Assembly (NCBI GenBank): GCA_016931325.1
Contig: JAFGFC010000001.1
Span: forward strand, 1,419 to 65,418
Direction of reading: 5' to 3'
DNA length: 64,000 nt
Source: Spirochaetota bacterium
Lineage (GTDB): Bacteria; Spirochaetota; JAHITG01; JAFGFC01
Position 1 is the first letter of the stretch. Each line of letters opens with the position of its first letter. The notes under the pieces were generated by a model. That model was given only the letters and a program-made list of their open reading frames with translations, made no database searches and was not told the origin of the DNA. Of the stretch, positions 1 to 9,631 are shown piece by piece. The translations under genes were made by a program, and so were the position numbers.

Positions 1-187
1 TTTATATACCTTTCGACCCTAATATACAAAAACTAAATATATTATATCGTAAAAAAGGAAAAAGTCAAGAAAGAAAATCCCCCCTTGCCAGGGGCATTTC
101 CTGCTCATGACAAAGGGGATAGCCAATTTCATCTTGACTTTAAGGGCAAAAGAGTGTAATTTTTTTATCAAATACAGGAGATTTTTT

Positions 188-1429
188 ATGGATAATCTAA
201 AAATCTTTATTGCCAAAGCCGTAGAAGTCAAACCGATCCTATCCGTACTTTCAACAAAAATAAAGAATGAGGTTTTAAAAGAAATGGGCCGGCGTCTGGT
301 CAAATACATGGATCACTTGATAAAAGAGAATAAAAAAGACGTTGAACTGGCCCAGGACAATAAATTATCGCCGGCTCTTATAGACAGGCTTGTATTGAAT
401 GAAAAGCGAATAAAGGGAATGTCTGACGCTTGTGTTTCTATCGCTGAATTGGATGATCCTGTGGGAGAGATCGTATGGGGTGTTAAAAGGCCGAACGGCC
501 TTGAGATCAGGAAGGTTCGTGTTCCTATAGGTGTAATATTTGTGATCTATGAATCACGCCCCAATGTAACGGTCGATGCCGCTTCGCTGTGTTTTAAATC
601 AGGCAATGTCGCCCTTTTGAGAGGAGGATCCGAGAGCTTTAATTCCAATATGGCGTTGGTCAATATCCTGAAAGACACCCTGAGAGCCTTTTCCCTTCCC
701 CAGAACGCCATCATGTTCATTCCAACGACATCCAGAGAGGCGGTGAAACAGATACTGAAATATAACGACTCCATTGATCTTGTCATTCCCCGGGGCGGTG
801 AGAACCTGATCAAAATGGTGACAGAAGAGAGTCGCATCCCCGTGGTCTATCATGCCAAAGGGGTTTGCCATGTTTTTGTGGATGAATCAGCGGATAGGCA
901 GATGGCTGAAAACATTGTGATCAATGCGAAAACACAAAGGCCCGGTGTCTGTAATGCCATCGAGACACTGCTGGTGCACAAGAAATACAAGGGGACCAGA
1001 GAACTTTTAACCCGGCTGAATAAACTCAAAGTTCAGATCCGTGGTGATAAAAATATAAAAAAGATATTCCCAAAAGCCAGATTAGCCAAAACACAGGATT
1101 GGTCAGAGGAATATCTTGATCTTATTTTATCCGTTAAAATGGTAAAAGACATAGACGAAGCGATTGAGCATATTAAAAAATTTGGCTCAGCTCATTCTGA
1201 CGCTATTGTTACCAAAGATTTCAATAATGCGCAGAGGTTTGTTTCTGAAGTGGACAGTGCCGCTGTCTATATCAACGCATCAACACGATTTACAGATGGT
1301 GGTGAATTTGGCTTTGGAGCGGAGATGGGTATTTCAACACAAAAATTGCATTGTCGCGGACCCATGGGACTTGAGGACCTTACAACAACAAAATATATCA
1401 TACTGGGGCAGGGTCAGATCAGAGAATGA
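188..1429 (+). CDS. proA: gamma-glutamyl phosphate reductase (glutamate-5-semialdehyde dehydrogenase)
   Basis: Motifs IYESRPNVT, PRGG, GVCNAIETLL, NASTRFTDGGEFGFGAEMGISTQKLH. Start moved to ATG 188, downstream of a CAGGAG Shine-Dalgarno sequence. Confidence 0.96.
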   Translation: MDNLKIFIAKAVEVKPILSVLSTKIKNEVLKEMGRRLVKYMDHLIKENKKDVELAQDNKLSPALIDRLVLNEKRIKGMSDACVSIAELDDPVGEIVWGVKRPNGLEIRKVRVPIGVIFVIYESRPNVTVDAASLCFKSGNVALLRGGSESFNSNMALVNILKDTLRAFSLPQNAIMFIPTTSREAVKQILKYNDSIDLVIPRGGENLIKMVTEESRIPVVYHAKGVCHVFVDESADRQMAENIVINAKTQRPGVCNAIETLLVHKKYKGTRELLTRLNKLKVQIRGDKNIKKIFPKARLAKTQDWSEEYLDLILSVKMVKDIDEAIEHIKKFGSAHSDAIVTKDFNNAQRFVSEVDSAAVYINASTRFTDGGEFGFGAEMGISTQKLHCRGPMGLEDLTTTKYIILGQGQIRE

Positions 1430-2007
1430 GAAAAAGATACGGAATCTTTGGCGGCACTTTTGACCCTGTACATGTGGGGCATCTTATCAGCGCACAGTAT
1501 ATCCTTACAGAATTTTCACTTGACAGGATCATTTTTATGCCGGCCTATATCCCTCCTCACAAAGCAGGGAAGAAGAGGCTTTCGTCAAATCATCGGTTGA
1601 TCATGGTGAAAAAGGCCATAAAGGGAAATAAGCATTTTACTGTTTCAAATTTTGAGATCGAGAAAAGAACCAGATCGTACACCATTCATACCCTGGAGCA
1701 CTATTTAAAAGAAAGCAGACTTTTTCTCATTATTGGGGATGAATGGCTGAATAGATTTTCAGATTGGCACAGATGGCGTGATATACTGGGCTATTCGGAT
1801 CTTATTGTTCTCAGACGGCAGGGGCTGGAAGTTAAAATCCCCGCTTTTTTAAATACATTTAAAAGAAAGATACATTTTTCATCAAACCCGTTGATCCAGG
1901 TCAGTTCCAGTTTGATCCGTCAGTATTTAAAGCAGAAGAAGGACATCCGGTATATGGTTCCCTCCTCTGTCTGGCAATATATACAGAAAAAGGAGCTTTA
2001 TGGATAA
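1426..2007 (+). CDS. nadD: nicotinate-nucleotide adenylyltransferase
   Basis: GGTFDPVHVGH (HxGH), PPHK, SYTIHTL and SSSLIR motifs; ATGA overlap with proA. Confidence 0.95.
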   Translation: MRKRYGIFGGTFDPVHVGHLISAQYILTEFSLDRIIFMPAYIPPHKAGKKRLSSNHRLIMVKKAIKGNKHFTVSNFEIEKRTRSYTIHTLEHYLKESRLFLIIGDEWLNRFSDWHRWRDILGYSDLIVLRRQGLEVKIPAFLNTFKRKIHFSSNPLIQVSSSLIRQYLKQKKDIRYMVPSSVWQYIQKKELYG

Positions 2008-3214
2008 GGAAAAACTGAATAAGAAAAAAGAGAAAAAAGATACCAGGACCAGCTTTGTCATCACCATGGGTATTTTAATAATACTTTTAATTGTATTGAT
2101 CTATATTTATGTACACTATTATTTCCTGGGGGGCAGAGCCAAATCCTATATTTCCAGGGGAAAGCCGGTCGCCTGTCTGTTCCTGGGATTGGATGATTCA
2201 GAAAAAAATAAAAAAGCGGATACCATTATAATCGGGATTTACAATCCGCCAACAAAAAGAATGGGCATTATTTTTATTCCACGCGATCTCAGGTTAAAGG
2301 TGCCGACAAATCTGGGCATAAAGCAGGAAAAAGCCAGTGTTATTCTTACACGGTACGGATTAAAAAAAATGGTTAAAGTAATAGAGGATTTCCTTCATAT
2401 GGATATTCCCTATCATGCTACCATGGATATCGAGGGGTTGATCAAGATCATCGATCTGTTAGGCAGTGTGGAAATATTCGTGGATAAACCCATGAAATAC
2501 ATTGATCAGGCTGCCGGTCTGTATATTGATATACCCCGGGGTATTATGAAAGTAGATGGCCTGCAGGTTATGAAATTTATACGTTTCAGAGATGATGAAA
2601 GGGGAGATATCGGAAGGATCGACAGACAGTTTGAATTAATGATCAATGTTATTCAAAAGGGTATTCTGGGAAAAAATATACTGACAGATATAAAGTTTAT
2701 CAAATTGATCCTTCGCTATATTGATACAAATATCAATTTTCGGGATCTGATCAGTCTGCTTCGTGATACTTCAGAAGCTGATTTCAAGAACATCGAGATG
2801 ATAAGGATTCCCGGCAAGTTCATAAAGGTGTACGGAGTGGACTATATTGAACCGGACGAGCAGAAGACAAAAAAGATCGTTATTGATTTTTTCAAGACAT
2901 TAAATAAATTAAAAGGGCAGTGCATTCCGTCGGAAATAAAGGTCCAGGTTCTTAACGGTAGCGGCAAATCGGGTGTGGCCCGGTCTGCCAGAGATAAACT
3001 GGTAAGGAATGGTTTTAATGTGGTTGAATTCGGGAATGCTGATTCGCAGAATTATCAAAATACTATTATTCTTGATCGTTCAGGCAATATTCAAAAAAGT
3101 CAGGCGGTTTCCCGGATCCTTCAATGTGACAAGATCTACCCCAAGATCAATTACTTTATTCTGGTAGATGTGACGGTTATTGTAGGAAAGGATTATAAGA
3201 ATATATTGAGATAA
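2000..3214 (+). CDS. LCP (LytR-CpsA-Psr) family protein with LytR C-terminal domain
   Basis: One N-terminal TM segment; ADTII, IPRD, RFR and GDIGRIDRQ motifs; C-terminal VQVLNGSGKSGVA...DVTVIVGKDY. The nadD-LCP-rsfS context is typical. Confidence 0.9.
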   Translation: MDKEKLNKKKEKKDTRTSFVITMGILIILLIVLIYIYVHYYFLGGRAKSYISRGKPVACLFLGLDDSEKNKKADTIIIGIYNPPTKRMGIIFIPRDLRLKVPTNLGIKQEKASVILTRYGLKKMVKVIEDFLHMDIPYHATMDIEGLIKIIDLLGSVEIFVDKPMKYIDQAAGLYIDIPRGIMKVDGLQVMKFIRFRDDERGDIGRIDRQFELMINVIQKGILGKNILTDIKFIKLILRYIDTNINFRDLISLLRDTSEADFKNIEMIRIPGKFIKVYGVDYIEPDEQKTKKIVIDFFKTLNKLKGQCIPSEIKVQVLNGSGKSGVARSARDKLVRNGFNVVEFGNADSQNYQNTIILDRSGNIQKSQAVSRILQCDKIYPKINYFILVDVTVIVGKDYKNILR

Positions 3215-3218
3215 AAGT

Positions 3219-3572
3219 ATGAAACCCTTTGACCTGGTAAAAGAGATCGTTGGCAAACTCGAAGAAAAAAAAGCAGAAAATATTGTTGTTCTTGATCTAA
3301 AAAGGCTAACAACCCTAACGGATTATTTCATTATCGCTACAGGGACTTCGTTCCCACATCTCAAAGCCCTGGCCAGGGAGATTGTGAATCAGGCAAAGGA
3401 GAAGCATTCACTGGTTCCTCTCAACCCCTTGCCTGAAGGAGATGATTCCTGGGTACTTGTCGATTATCAGGATTGTATTGTCCATTTATTTCTGGAAGAA
3501 AGCCGGCAGTTCTACAATCTTGAAGAGTTATGGTTTGAGTCCAAAAAAGTGGATATAAAAACGCATGGTTAA
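3219..3572 (+). CDS. rsfS: ribosome silencing factor
   Basis: KKAENIVVLDL, DYFIIATG, WVLVDY, VHLF and RQFYNLEELW motifs. Confidence 0.95.
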   Translation: MKPFDLVKEIVGKLEEKKAENIVVLDLKRLTTLTDYFIIATGTSFPHLKALAREIVNQAKEKHSLVPLNPLPEGDDSWVLVDYQDCIVHLFLEESRQFYNLEELWFESKKVDIKTHG

Positions 3573-5193
3573 AATAAAATCGAAAGACAGCCCGGACTCT
3601 ACAAAAGGACGGCTTAAGGAACTTTCTACCTTTTATAATCTTTACAGGGCCACCTGTTCTACCCTTAATTTAAACGAACTGTTAAATGTGATCATGGAGA
3701 TGACCCTGAATATGATCAAAGCTGAAGTAGGCCTTATTTTTCTTTATAATAAAAGGACAAAGGAAAAGTCCGGGTATGTTCCCTGGGGGCTGGGTAAGGA
3801 GATACTGGAAAAAATATATTATAAAAAAAAGACAAATTTAATCGACTGGTTACAAAGCAGGGATAAAGCCCTTCTCATCAGGGATTTTGACAGGGATAAA
3901 GATTTTTACTATAGCCTGGAAAAAAGGATATTTATAAAATCTCTTCTTTATGCCCCATTAATAACAAAAACAAAAAGGATTGGAGGGATCATACTGGCTA
4001 ATAAATCTCACTACGATAAGATTATCAATTTTACTCAGGAAGATCTGAATATCTTCCAGACCATATCCGGTCAGATATCAGTCGCTATTGAGAATTCTCA
4101 ACTGTATGAACAGGTTGTTGATATAAAGAATTACAATCTTGGCATTGTGAACAGTATTAATATAGGAGTGATCACGACTTCCTTTGATAAAAGGATCATT
4201 ACCGTAAACAAGGTGGCCGAGTTTATTTTCAATATCCGGGAGAGGGATATGACCGGTCGGCCGGTGGCGGTTCTGTTTAAGAATATTGAGAAAAAGAAGA
4301 AACATGTTATTTTGCAAGCTCTGGACCGCAATGAGAATCTTATAAATTTTGAATCCGATGTAAATCTCTCTGATGGTGAAAAAAGGATCCTGAGTATTTC
4401 CACATCCAATTTAAAAGGAGGGGAAGACACGATTATAGGGTATGTTATCTCAGTTCAGGATATCAGTGAAAAAAATAGGCTTGAAGAACAGATTCAGCGA
4501 AGTGAACAACTCACAGCCCTTGGACAGCTGTCAGCCGGTATTGCTCATGAGATCAAGAATCCTTTAACTTCCATAAAGGGTTTTACACAGCTGTTGCCGG
4601 ACAAGTTGAACGATAAAGAGTTTCTTGTAAAATACTCCCAGGTGATTCGTCGCGAGGTGGATCGGTTGAACAATATTATTGAGGAACTGTTACAGTTTGC
4701 CCGGCCCAGGGTAAAAGGATTTGAACAATTTAATTTAATCAGGATACTTGATAAGGCTTTGGCTCTTTTACGTTTTCAACTGGATAAAAACAGTATCGAG
4801 TTAAATCTGGTCTTAAAAGATCTTCCGGATGTGTACGGCGATCCCAGGCAGATGGAGCAGGTTTTCATTAATCTAATTTTAAACGCCGTACAGGCTATGC
4901 CTGCCGGGGGTGAACTTGAGATCAAAAGCCAGGTCGCCATAAAGAAATCTCCTCAGAATCTCTACTATGAATACGCAGAGATGTCTTTTCACGATACCGG
5001 GCATGGACTTGATGGGCAGGCCTTGAAAAAGATGTTCAATCCTTTTTTTACAACAAAAAACAAAGGGACCGGACTGGGCCTTTCCATTTCACATCGTATT
5101 GTCACTGAGCATAAGGGTTTTATCCAGGTACATAGTGAGCCTGAAAAGGGGGCGACGTTTATTATTTCCATACCGACGATGAGTAATTTTTAA
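3565..5193 (+). CDS. cytoplasmic GAF-PAS sensor histidine kinase
   Basis: GAF end (FTQEDL...SVAIENSQLYE), PAS region, H-box AHEIKNPLTSI, N-box NLILNAVQAM, DTGHG, FNPFFTTK, GTGLGL; no TM segment. Confidence 0.93.
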   Translation: MVKIKSKDSPDSTKGRLKELSTFYNLYRATCSTLNLNELLNVIMEMTLNMIKAEVGLIFLYNKRTKEKSGYVPWGLGKEILEKIYYKKKTNLIDWLQSRDKALLIRDFDRDKDFYYSLEKRIFIKSLLYAPLITKTKRIGGIILANKSHYDKIINFTQEDLNIFQTISGQISVAIENSQLYEQVVDIKNYNLGIVNSINIGVITTSFDKRIITVNKVAEFIFNIRERDMTGRPVAVLFKNIEKKKKHVILQALDRNENLINFESDVNLSDGEKRILSISTSNLKGGEDTIIGYVISVQDISEKNRLEEQIQRSEQLTALGQLSAGIAHEIKNPLTSIKGFTQLLPDKLNDKEFLVKYSQVIRREVDRLNNIIEELLQFARPRVKGFEQFNLIRILDKALALLRFQLDKNSIELNLVLKDLPDVYGDPRQMEQVFINLILNAVQAMPAGGELEIKSQVAIKKSPQNLYYEYAEMSFHDTGHGLDGQALKKMFNPFFTTKNKGTGLGLSISHRIVTEHKGFIQVHSEPEKGATFIISIPTMSNF

Positions 5194-5247
5194 AATAGTA
5201 TAAGAGACAGGAAAAATACGATAATTCAAGTTTAAAAGGAGAGAACC

Positions 5248-6612
5248 ATGAAAAGAAAGATCCTTGTGGCTGATGATGAGATCGGGGTCAGAGAGCTTTT
5301 CAAAGAACTGTTAAAAGATGATTATAAGGTATCATTCGCTACCAACGGTGAAGAAGCCATTGATATGATAGAAAAAGATCTGCCTGAAGTCGTTCTTTTG
5401 GATATCAGGATGCCTAAAAAGGACGGACTGGAAGTATTACAGGAGGTCAAAGACAGGGATATATCCATTATTATCATTATTATTACTGCGGACAGGGATT
5501 TAAATTCAGCGATCAAAGCCATGAAGCTGGGAGCCTATGATTATGTGGTCAAACCTTTTGAGAATGACAAGATACTCAAGATCATTCAGAATGCTTTTGA
5601 AAAATCGGATCTGGAAAAGACAGTTAAGACATTAAAAAAAGAGATTACCAAGCAGTACAGCTTTAAAAATATAATTGGACAGGGCAAGAATATGCAAAAG
5701 GTCTATGAGGTGATAAACAAAGTGATTAATAATGATTCAACGGTACTGTTGACCGGGGAGAGCGGGACCGGCAAAGAGATCGTAGCCCGGTCCATCCACT
5801 ATAACGGACATCGCAAAGAAGGTCCCTTCGTCGCTGTTGATTGCGCCTCCATACCGGAAACACTTATCGAATCCGAACTTTTCGGTCATGAAAAAGGATC
5901 TTATACAGGCGCTTTAAAAAGAAAGATAGGCAAATTTGAGATGGCTCACCGTGGAACGATCTTTCTTGATGAGATCGGTAACCTGAAAATGGATATTCAG
6001 GCTAAACTGTTGCGGGTCTTACAGGAAAGAGAATTCAGCCGCGTAGGCGGGAATGAGAAAATACAGGTAGATGTACGGATCATTGCGGCTACCAATGCCA
6101 ATTTAGAAGGGTTGATCAATAAAGGGGTCTTCAGGGAGGATCTGTTCTATCGATTAAATGTAGTCCCTTTTAAATTACCTCCTCTCAGAGAGCGAAAGGA
6201 AGATATCCCTCTTTTAATTCAGCATTTTCTAAGGATCTTTAACAAAGAGTTTAATAAAAATATTACGTTGTCACCCAAGGTCATTGATTATTTTATAAAA
6301 TATCCCTGGCCCGGCAATGTCCGCGAGCTGGAGAACAATATTCAAAGGATAGTGGTCACAGCTGATCATAATGTGATAAAATTGGATGATATGCCGGATT
6401 CGATCAAGAGGATGGGCGAGAAAAAGTCAGATGGGATAAAAGCCGGGATGAAGCTGGATGAGGCTGAAAAATATCTGATCACAGAGACCCTTGTGGCTAA
6501 TAATTTTAATATGAGCAAGACGTCCAAGATCCTTGGCGTTACCCGTAAAACACTTCATAATAAGATCGCCCGGTACAAGATCAAGACCCGCCCTAAAACC
6601 TCGAAAGGTTAA
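5248..6612 (+). CDS. NtrC/AtoC-family sigma54-interacting response regulator (REC-AAA+-HTH)
   Basis: REC domain (ADDE, LLDIRMP, KPF), Walker A GESGTGKE, ESELFGHEKGSYTGA, FLDEIG, WPGNVREL, Fis-type HTH. Confidence 0.94.
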   Translation: MKRKILVADDEIGVRELFKELLKDDYKVSFATNGEEAIDMIEKDLPEVVLLDIRMPKKDGLEVLQEVKDRDISIIIIIITADRDLNSAIKAMKLGAYDYVVKPFENDKILKIIQNAFEKSDLEKTVKTLKKEITKQYSFKNIIGQGKNMQKVYEVINKVINNDSTVLLTGESGTGKEIVARSIHYNGHRKEGPFVAVDCASIPETLIESELFGHEKGSYTGALKRKIGKFEMAHRGTIFLDEIGNLKMDIQAKLLRVLQEREFSRVGGNEKIQVDVRIIAATNANLEGLINKGVFREDLFYRLNVVPFKLPPLRERKEDIPLLIQHFLRIFNKEFNKNITLSPKVIDYFIKYPWPGNVRELENNIQRIVVTADHNVIKLDDMPDSIKRMGEKKSDGIKAGMKLDEAEKYLITETLVANNFNMSKTSKILGVTRKTLHNKIARYKIKTRPKTSKG

Positions 6613-6617
6613 TTTTT

Positions 6618-6790
6618 ACCACTGAAAACACCCTTAGAGATTGCGTGAGCAATCTCAAGGCCTGGAATTTCTCCAGGAGAAATTCTGAGGGGCTGAATTA
6701 GTTGAAATAATAAGAATAAAAAATTACTAATTAAAAAAAATTAATTTTTATCAGCTTGATGATATTTAAAAATTCAGTGTCCTCTATGGT
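6618..6790. repeat. structured intergenic element: imperfect terminal inverted repeats enclosing two hairpins
   Basis: ACCACTGAAAACAC (6618-6631) matches the reverse complement of GTGTCCTCTATGGT (6777-6790) at 10/14 positions. Hairpins GAGATTGC-GTGA-GCAATCTC (6637-6656) and GAATTTCTCC-A-GGAGAAATTC (6665-6685). Confidence 0.5.
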
Positions 6791-6893
6791 TTTCTTAATC
6801 TTTTAAAAAACTTGATTTTTTAAAAATAATGGTTATTTTATAAAACCCGCCTGACCAGGGTCAAGGGAAAATTCAAGGGAAAGGATCAATATC

Positions 6894-8900
6894 ATGCTTT
6901 ACATTAAAAAAAAATTGCGCTATATAAGGAAAAAGGGAGATAGGATCAGAATTTTAGCCGGTCTTTTTTCTGTCTTGCTTTTTCTTCTTCTTTATCGATC
7001 AGTTTTAATAAGTGATAATTTTAAATTGCACAAGCCCGGGACAGAAAATATCATCGACTATTCAAAATACGGGAAATTCAAGAATCTTGACAACCCGGGC
7101 TATCGCTATGTCATTACGAAAAGAAAAGAACTGTTACAGGCAGTCGGTGAGGGAATTTATCCCAGTACAAGCGTTTTCAAAGACCCGGAATACAAAAAAC
7201 TTTTAAAGCAGGGCAAACTGGAGGGGAACCATTGGAAGTTTGTGGATACAAAAGCGCACAAGATCAATTTCTATAAATGGGCTACCACTCAGGAAGACCC
7301 CGGTGTCAAGCAGTATTATATCGGCATCATGTTTGAACGGCTGGGTATGTTAAAAGAAGCCATCAAGGCTTATCATGCGGTTGCGGTCCATTTCCCGAAA
7401 TCCATCAGCTATACCTACTGGAATTCTCCTTTTTCTGTCGCCCAGGTGGCTTTGGACCGTATCGAGATCCTATGCCGGCGTAACCCGGAATTGGGCATGA
7501 AACTGGTGGACTCGAGGATCTTTGTAGAGAACGGTTTTGATGTGGAACCGGGGAATGATAAATTTTATATCAATCCCGGAAAGATCATCAGGGTTTCTGT
7601 GGATGCTGTTGAGAAGAAGAAACAATTTGACAAGAAAGATATTGTCAGGACCGTGGGCGGGAAGAAAGTCAAACTTGTCAGGTACAAGAACGGGCACTGG
7701 CAGCTTTTGGTAGATGAAAAACCGTTCATTATCAAAGCCATAGCCTATTCCCCCAATAAGGTGGGCTTGAGTCCGGACAGAGGAGAGCTGGACCCGAGCC
7801 GGGACTGGCAGAAACAGGATTTTAATAAAAATGATCTTGTCGATGGCCCTTTTGAGGCCTGGGTCGATAAGAATTTCAATAATAAACAGGATAAGGACGA
7901 GAAACCCGTAGGAGACGCTCAACTTTTAAAAGAGATGGGATGTAATACGTTCAGGATCTACAGTCATATTGTTAATAAAGAACTTTTCAGGGAATTACAT
8001 AAAAAATATGGGTTCATGGTCATGATCGGGGATCTGGTCGGCGGATATGCTACGGAAAGCGGGGCGACCTGGGATGAGGGAACTGATTATGAGGATTTCG
8101 AACAGCAGGAAAGGATGCTGAAAAATGTTGAAAAAATGGTCCTTGAATACAAGGATGAGCCCTATACGCTTATGTGGGTTCTGGGTAATGAGAATGTCTA
8201 TGGCGTGGCCAACAATGCGGACAGAAAGCCGGAAGCCTTTTTCAAATTCATTAACCGTGTGGCCAAACTGGTCCATAAACTTGATCCCGAACATCCTGTG
8301 GCGGTGGCTAACGGGGATCTGAAATTTCTTGATATCTGCGCTAAACAGGCGCCTGAGATCGATATTTTCGGATGTAATGCTTACCGGGGATCATTTGGTT
8401 TTGGCAGAGCCCTGTTCCAGAATGTAAAGGAACTGATGGATAAACCGGCCATTATCACAGAATACGGGTGCAGCGCTTATGCAGAAGGATTCACCGAGGA
8501 AGACGTGCTTGCATTTCAGGCAGAATACCACAAGAACAACTGGGAGGATATCTATTTTCACACGGCCGGTTCAGGCGTGGGCAATGCCCTGGGCGGAGTG
8601 GTCTTTGAATGGGTGGATGAATGGTGGAAAGCCAACTCTGACCTTCCCAAAAGGATCCAGTTGCAGCATAAAGAGTGGTATGAGACAAAAAAACATCATT
8701 ATGCCAAGCTCCATCACGGGCTGGGTTGCACGTACCATGTCATTGTTCCGCAGTTCGGGGCTCCTTTTCTCGATGGATGGAGCTATGAAGAATGGTATGG
8801 TCTGTGGTCCCAGGGGGACGGTTGCCACAGTCCTTATATGAGGCAGAAACGACCGGTTTATGATATGTACACAGAGGTCTGGAACAGGATAAAACCCTAG
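6894..8900 (+). CDS. membrane-anchored or exported clan GH-A (GH2-like TIM barrel) glycoside hydrolase with an N-terminal TPR-like region
   Basis: N-terminal hydrophobic segment; EMGCNTFRIY, WVLGNE (acid/base), ITEYG (nucleophile), VFEWVDEWWK. Confidence 0.75.
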   Translation: MLYIKKKLRYIRKKGDRIRILAGLFSVLLFLLLYRSVLISDNFKLHKPGTENIIDYSKYGKFKNLDNPGYRYVITKRKELLQAVGEGIYPSTSVFKDPEYKKLLKQGKLEGNHWKFVDTKAHKINFYKWATTQEDPGVKQYYIGIMFERLGMLKEAIKAYHAVAVHFPKSISYTYWNSPFSVAQVALDRIEILCRRNPELGMKLVDSRIFVENGFDVEPGNDKFYINPGKIIRVSVDAVEKKKQFDKKDIVRTVGGKKVKLVRYKNGHWQLLVDEKPFIIKAIAYSPNKVGLSPDRGELDPSRDWQKQDFNKNDLVDGPFEAWVDKNFNNKQDKDEKPVGDAQLLKEMGCNTFRIYSHIVNKELFRELHKKYGFMVMIGDLVGGYATESGATWDEGTDYEDFEQQERMLKNVEKMVLEYKDEPYTLMWVLGNENVYGVANNADRKPEAFFKFINRVAKLVHKLDPEHPVAVANGDLKFLDICAKQAPEIDIFGCNAYRGSFGFGRALFQNVKELMDKPAIITEYGCSAYAEGFTEEDVLAFQAEYHKNNWEDIYFHTAGSGVGNALGGVVFEWVDEWWKANSDLPKRIQLQHKEWYETKKHHYAKLHHGLGCTYHVIVPQFGAPFLDGWSYEEWYGLWSQGDGCHSPYMRQKRPVYDMYTEVWNRIKP

Positions 8901-8930
8901 CCGGGAAAATAAAAATTTTTTAAAAAATAC

Positions 8931-8996
8931 TTGACAAATTTAAAATCAGCGTTATATTACTTACTGGTCAGTAATAGATTACTTACTGTTAAGTAA
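8931..8996 (+). promoter_or_regulatory. sigma70 promoter with two tandem palindromic operators (probable TetR sites)
   Basis: TTGACA 8931-8936 and TATATT 8953-8958. Palindromes TTACTG-GT-CAGTAA (8961-8974) and TTACT-GTTA-AGTAA (8983-8996) are 22 bp apart, directly upstream of the tetR gene. Confidence 0.8.
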
Positions 8997-9034
8997 CCTA
9001 TTTGGGAAGCGTTGGTAAAAAACGAGGGCCGGAC

Positions 9035-9631
9035 ATGCGAAATGAGACCGTAGAAAAAAGACGAAAAGAGATATTCCAGGCGGCTTTGAAGATCTTCAGC
9101 CAGAAAGGCTTTGATAAGGCCACGCTGGATGAGATCGCTGATAAGGTAAAACTGTCAAAACCCGCCCTGTACCTTTATTTCAAGAACAAAGAGAATCTTA
9201 TTATCAGTTTGGTCGATGAGATATTGAAAGAGTATAATGAAACATTTGAAAGTGATATCCGTGCCTGTAAAAAACCTTTTGAAAAATTGAGATTTATCAT
9301 CTCCAACCAGATTGATTTTTTTAAAAGGAATAAGGAATTTTTCAGGATCACCCGGAATATCCATATCGAGTCCGCCTCAAAAGAAAAGTCCCATCTTCAT
9401 AATAAATTCATGATCATGTACACAGACTATATGGAAAAGATCGTATCCGTCATCCATGAGTGCATCAAGGCTAAACTATTAATAGAAGAAGACAAATATT
9501 TCTTAACATTTTCCCTTATGGGACTGATCAACCATAATGTGATACAGTGTTTGTGGCGATTCAACGGGAAATTCCCCAGGGATTTGGATAAAAAGATCCT
9601 TGATCTTTTCTTGAAAGGAGCCGGCCGATGA
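9035..9631 (+). CDS. TetR/AcrR family transcriptional regulator
   Basis: N-terminal HTH IFQAALKIFSQKGFDKATLDEIADKVKLSKPALYLYFKNKE; first gene of the efflux operon. Confidence 0.95.
   Translation: MRNETVEKRRKEIFQAALKIFSQKGFDKATLDEIADKVKLSKPALYLYFKNKENLIISLVDEILKEYNETFESDIRACKKPFEKLRFIISNQIDFFKRNKEFFRITRNIHIESASKEKSHLHNKFMIMYTDYMEKIVSVIHECIKAKLLIEEDKYFLTFSLMGLINHNVIQCLWRFNGKFPRDLDKKILDLFLKGAGR

Noticed and set aside
75-120. Riboswitch or ncRNA upstream of proA
   Set aside because: Only a modest GC-rich stem upstream of the predicted promoter, with no recognisable aptamer consensus.
107-187. N-terminal extension of ProA in the ORF track, and similar extensions for TetR, Alr, LolD, the M23 peptidase and PFK
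   Set aside because: The extensions run through promoter or upstream-gene sequence. Downstream ATGs fit SD or promoter positions and family N-termini better.
6612-6894. sigma54 (-24/-12) promoter for the glycoside hydrolase
   Set aside because: No TGGCAC-N5-TTGC-like motif found.
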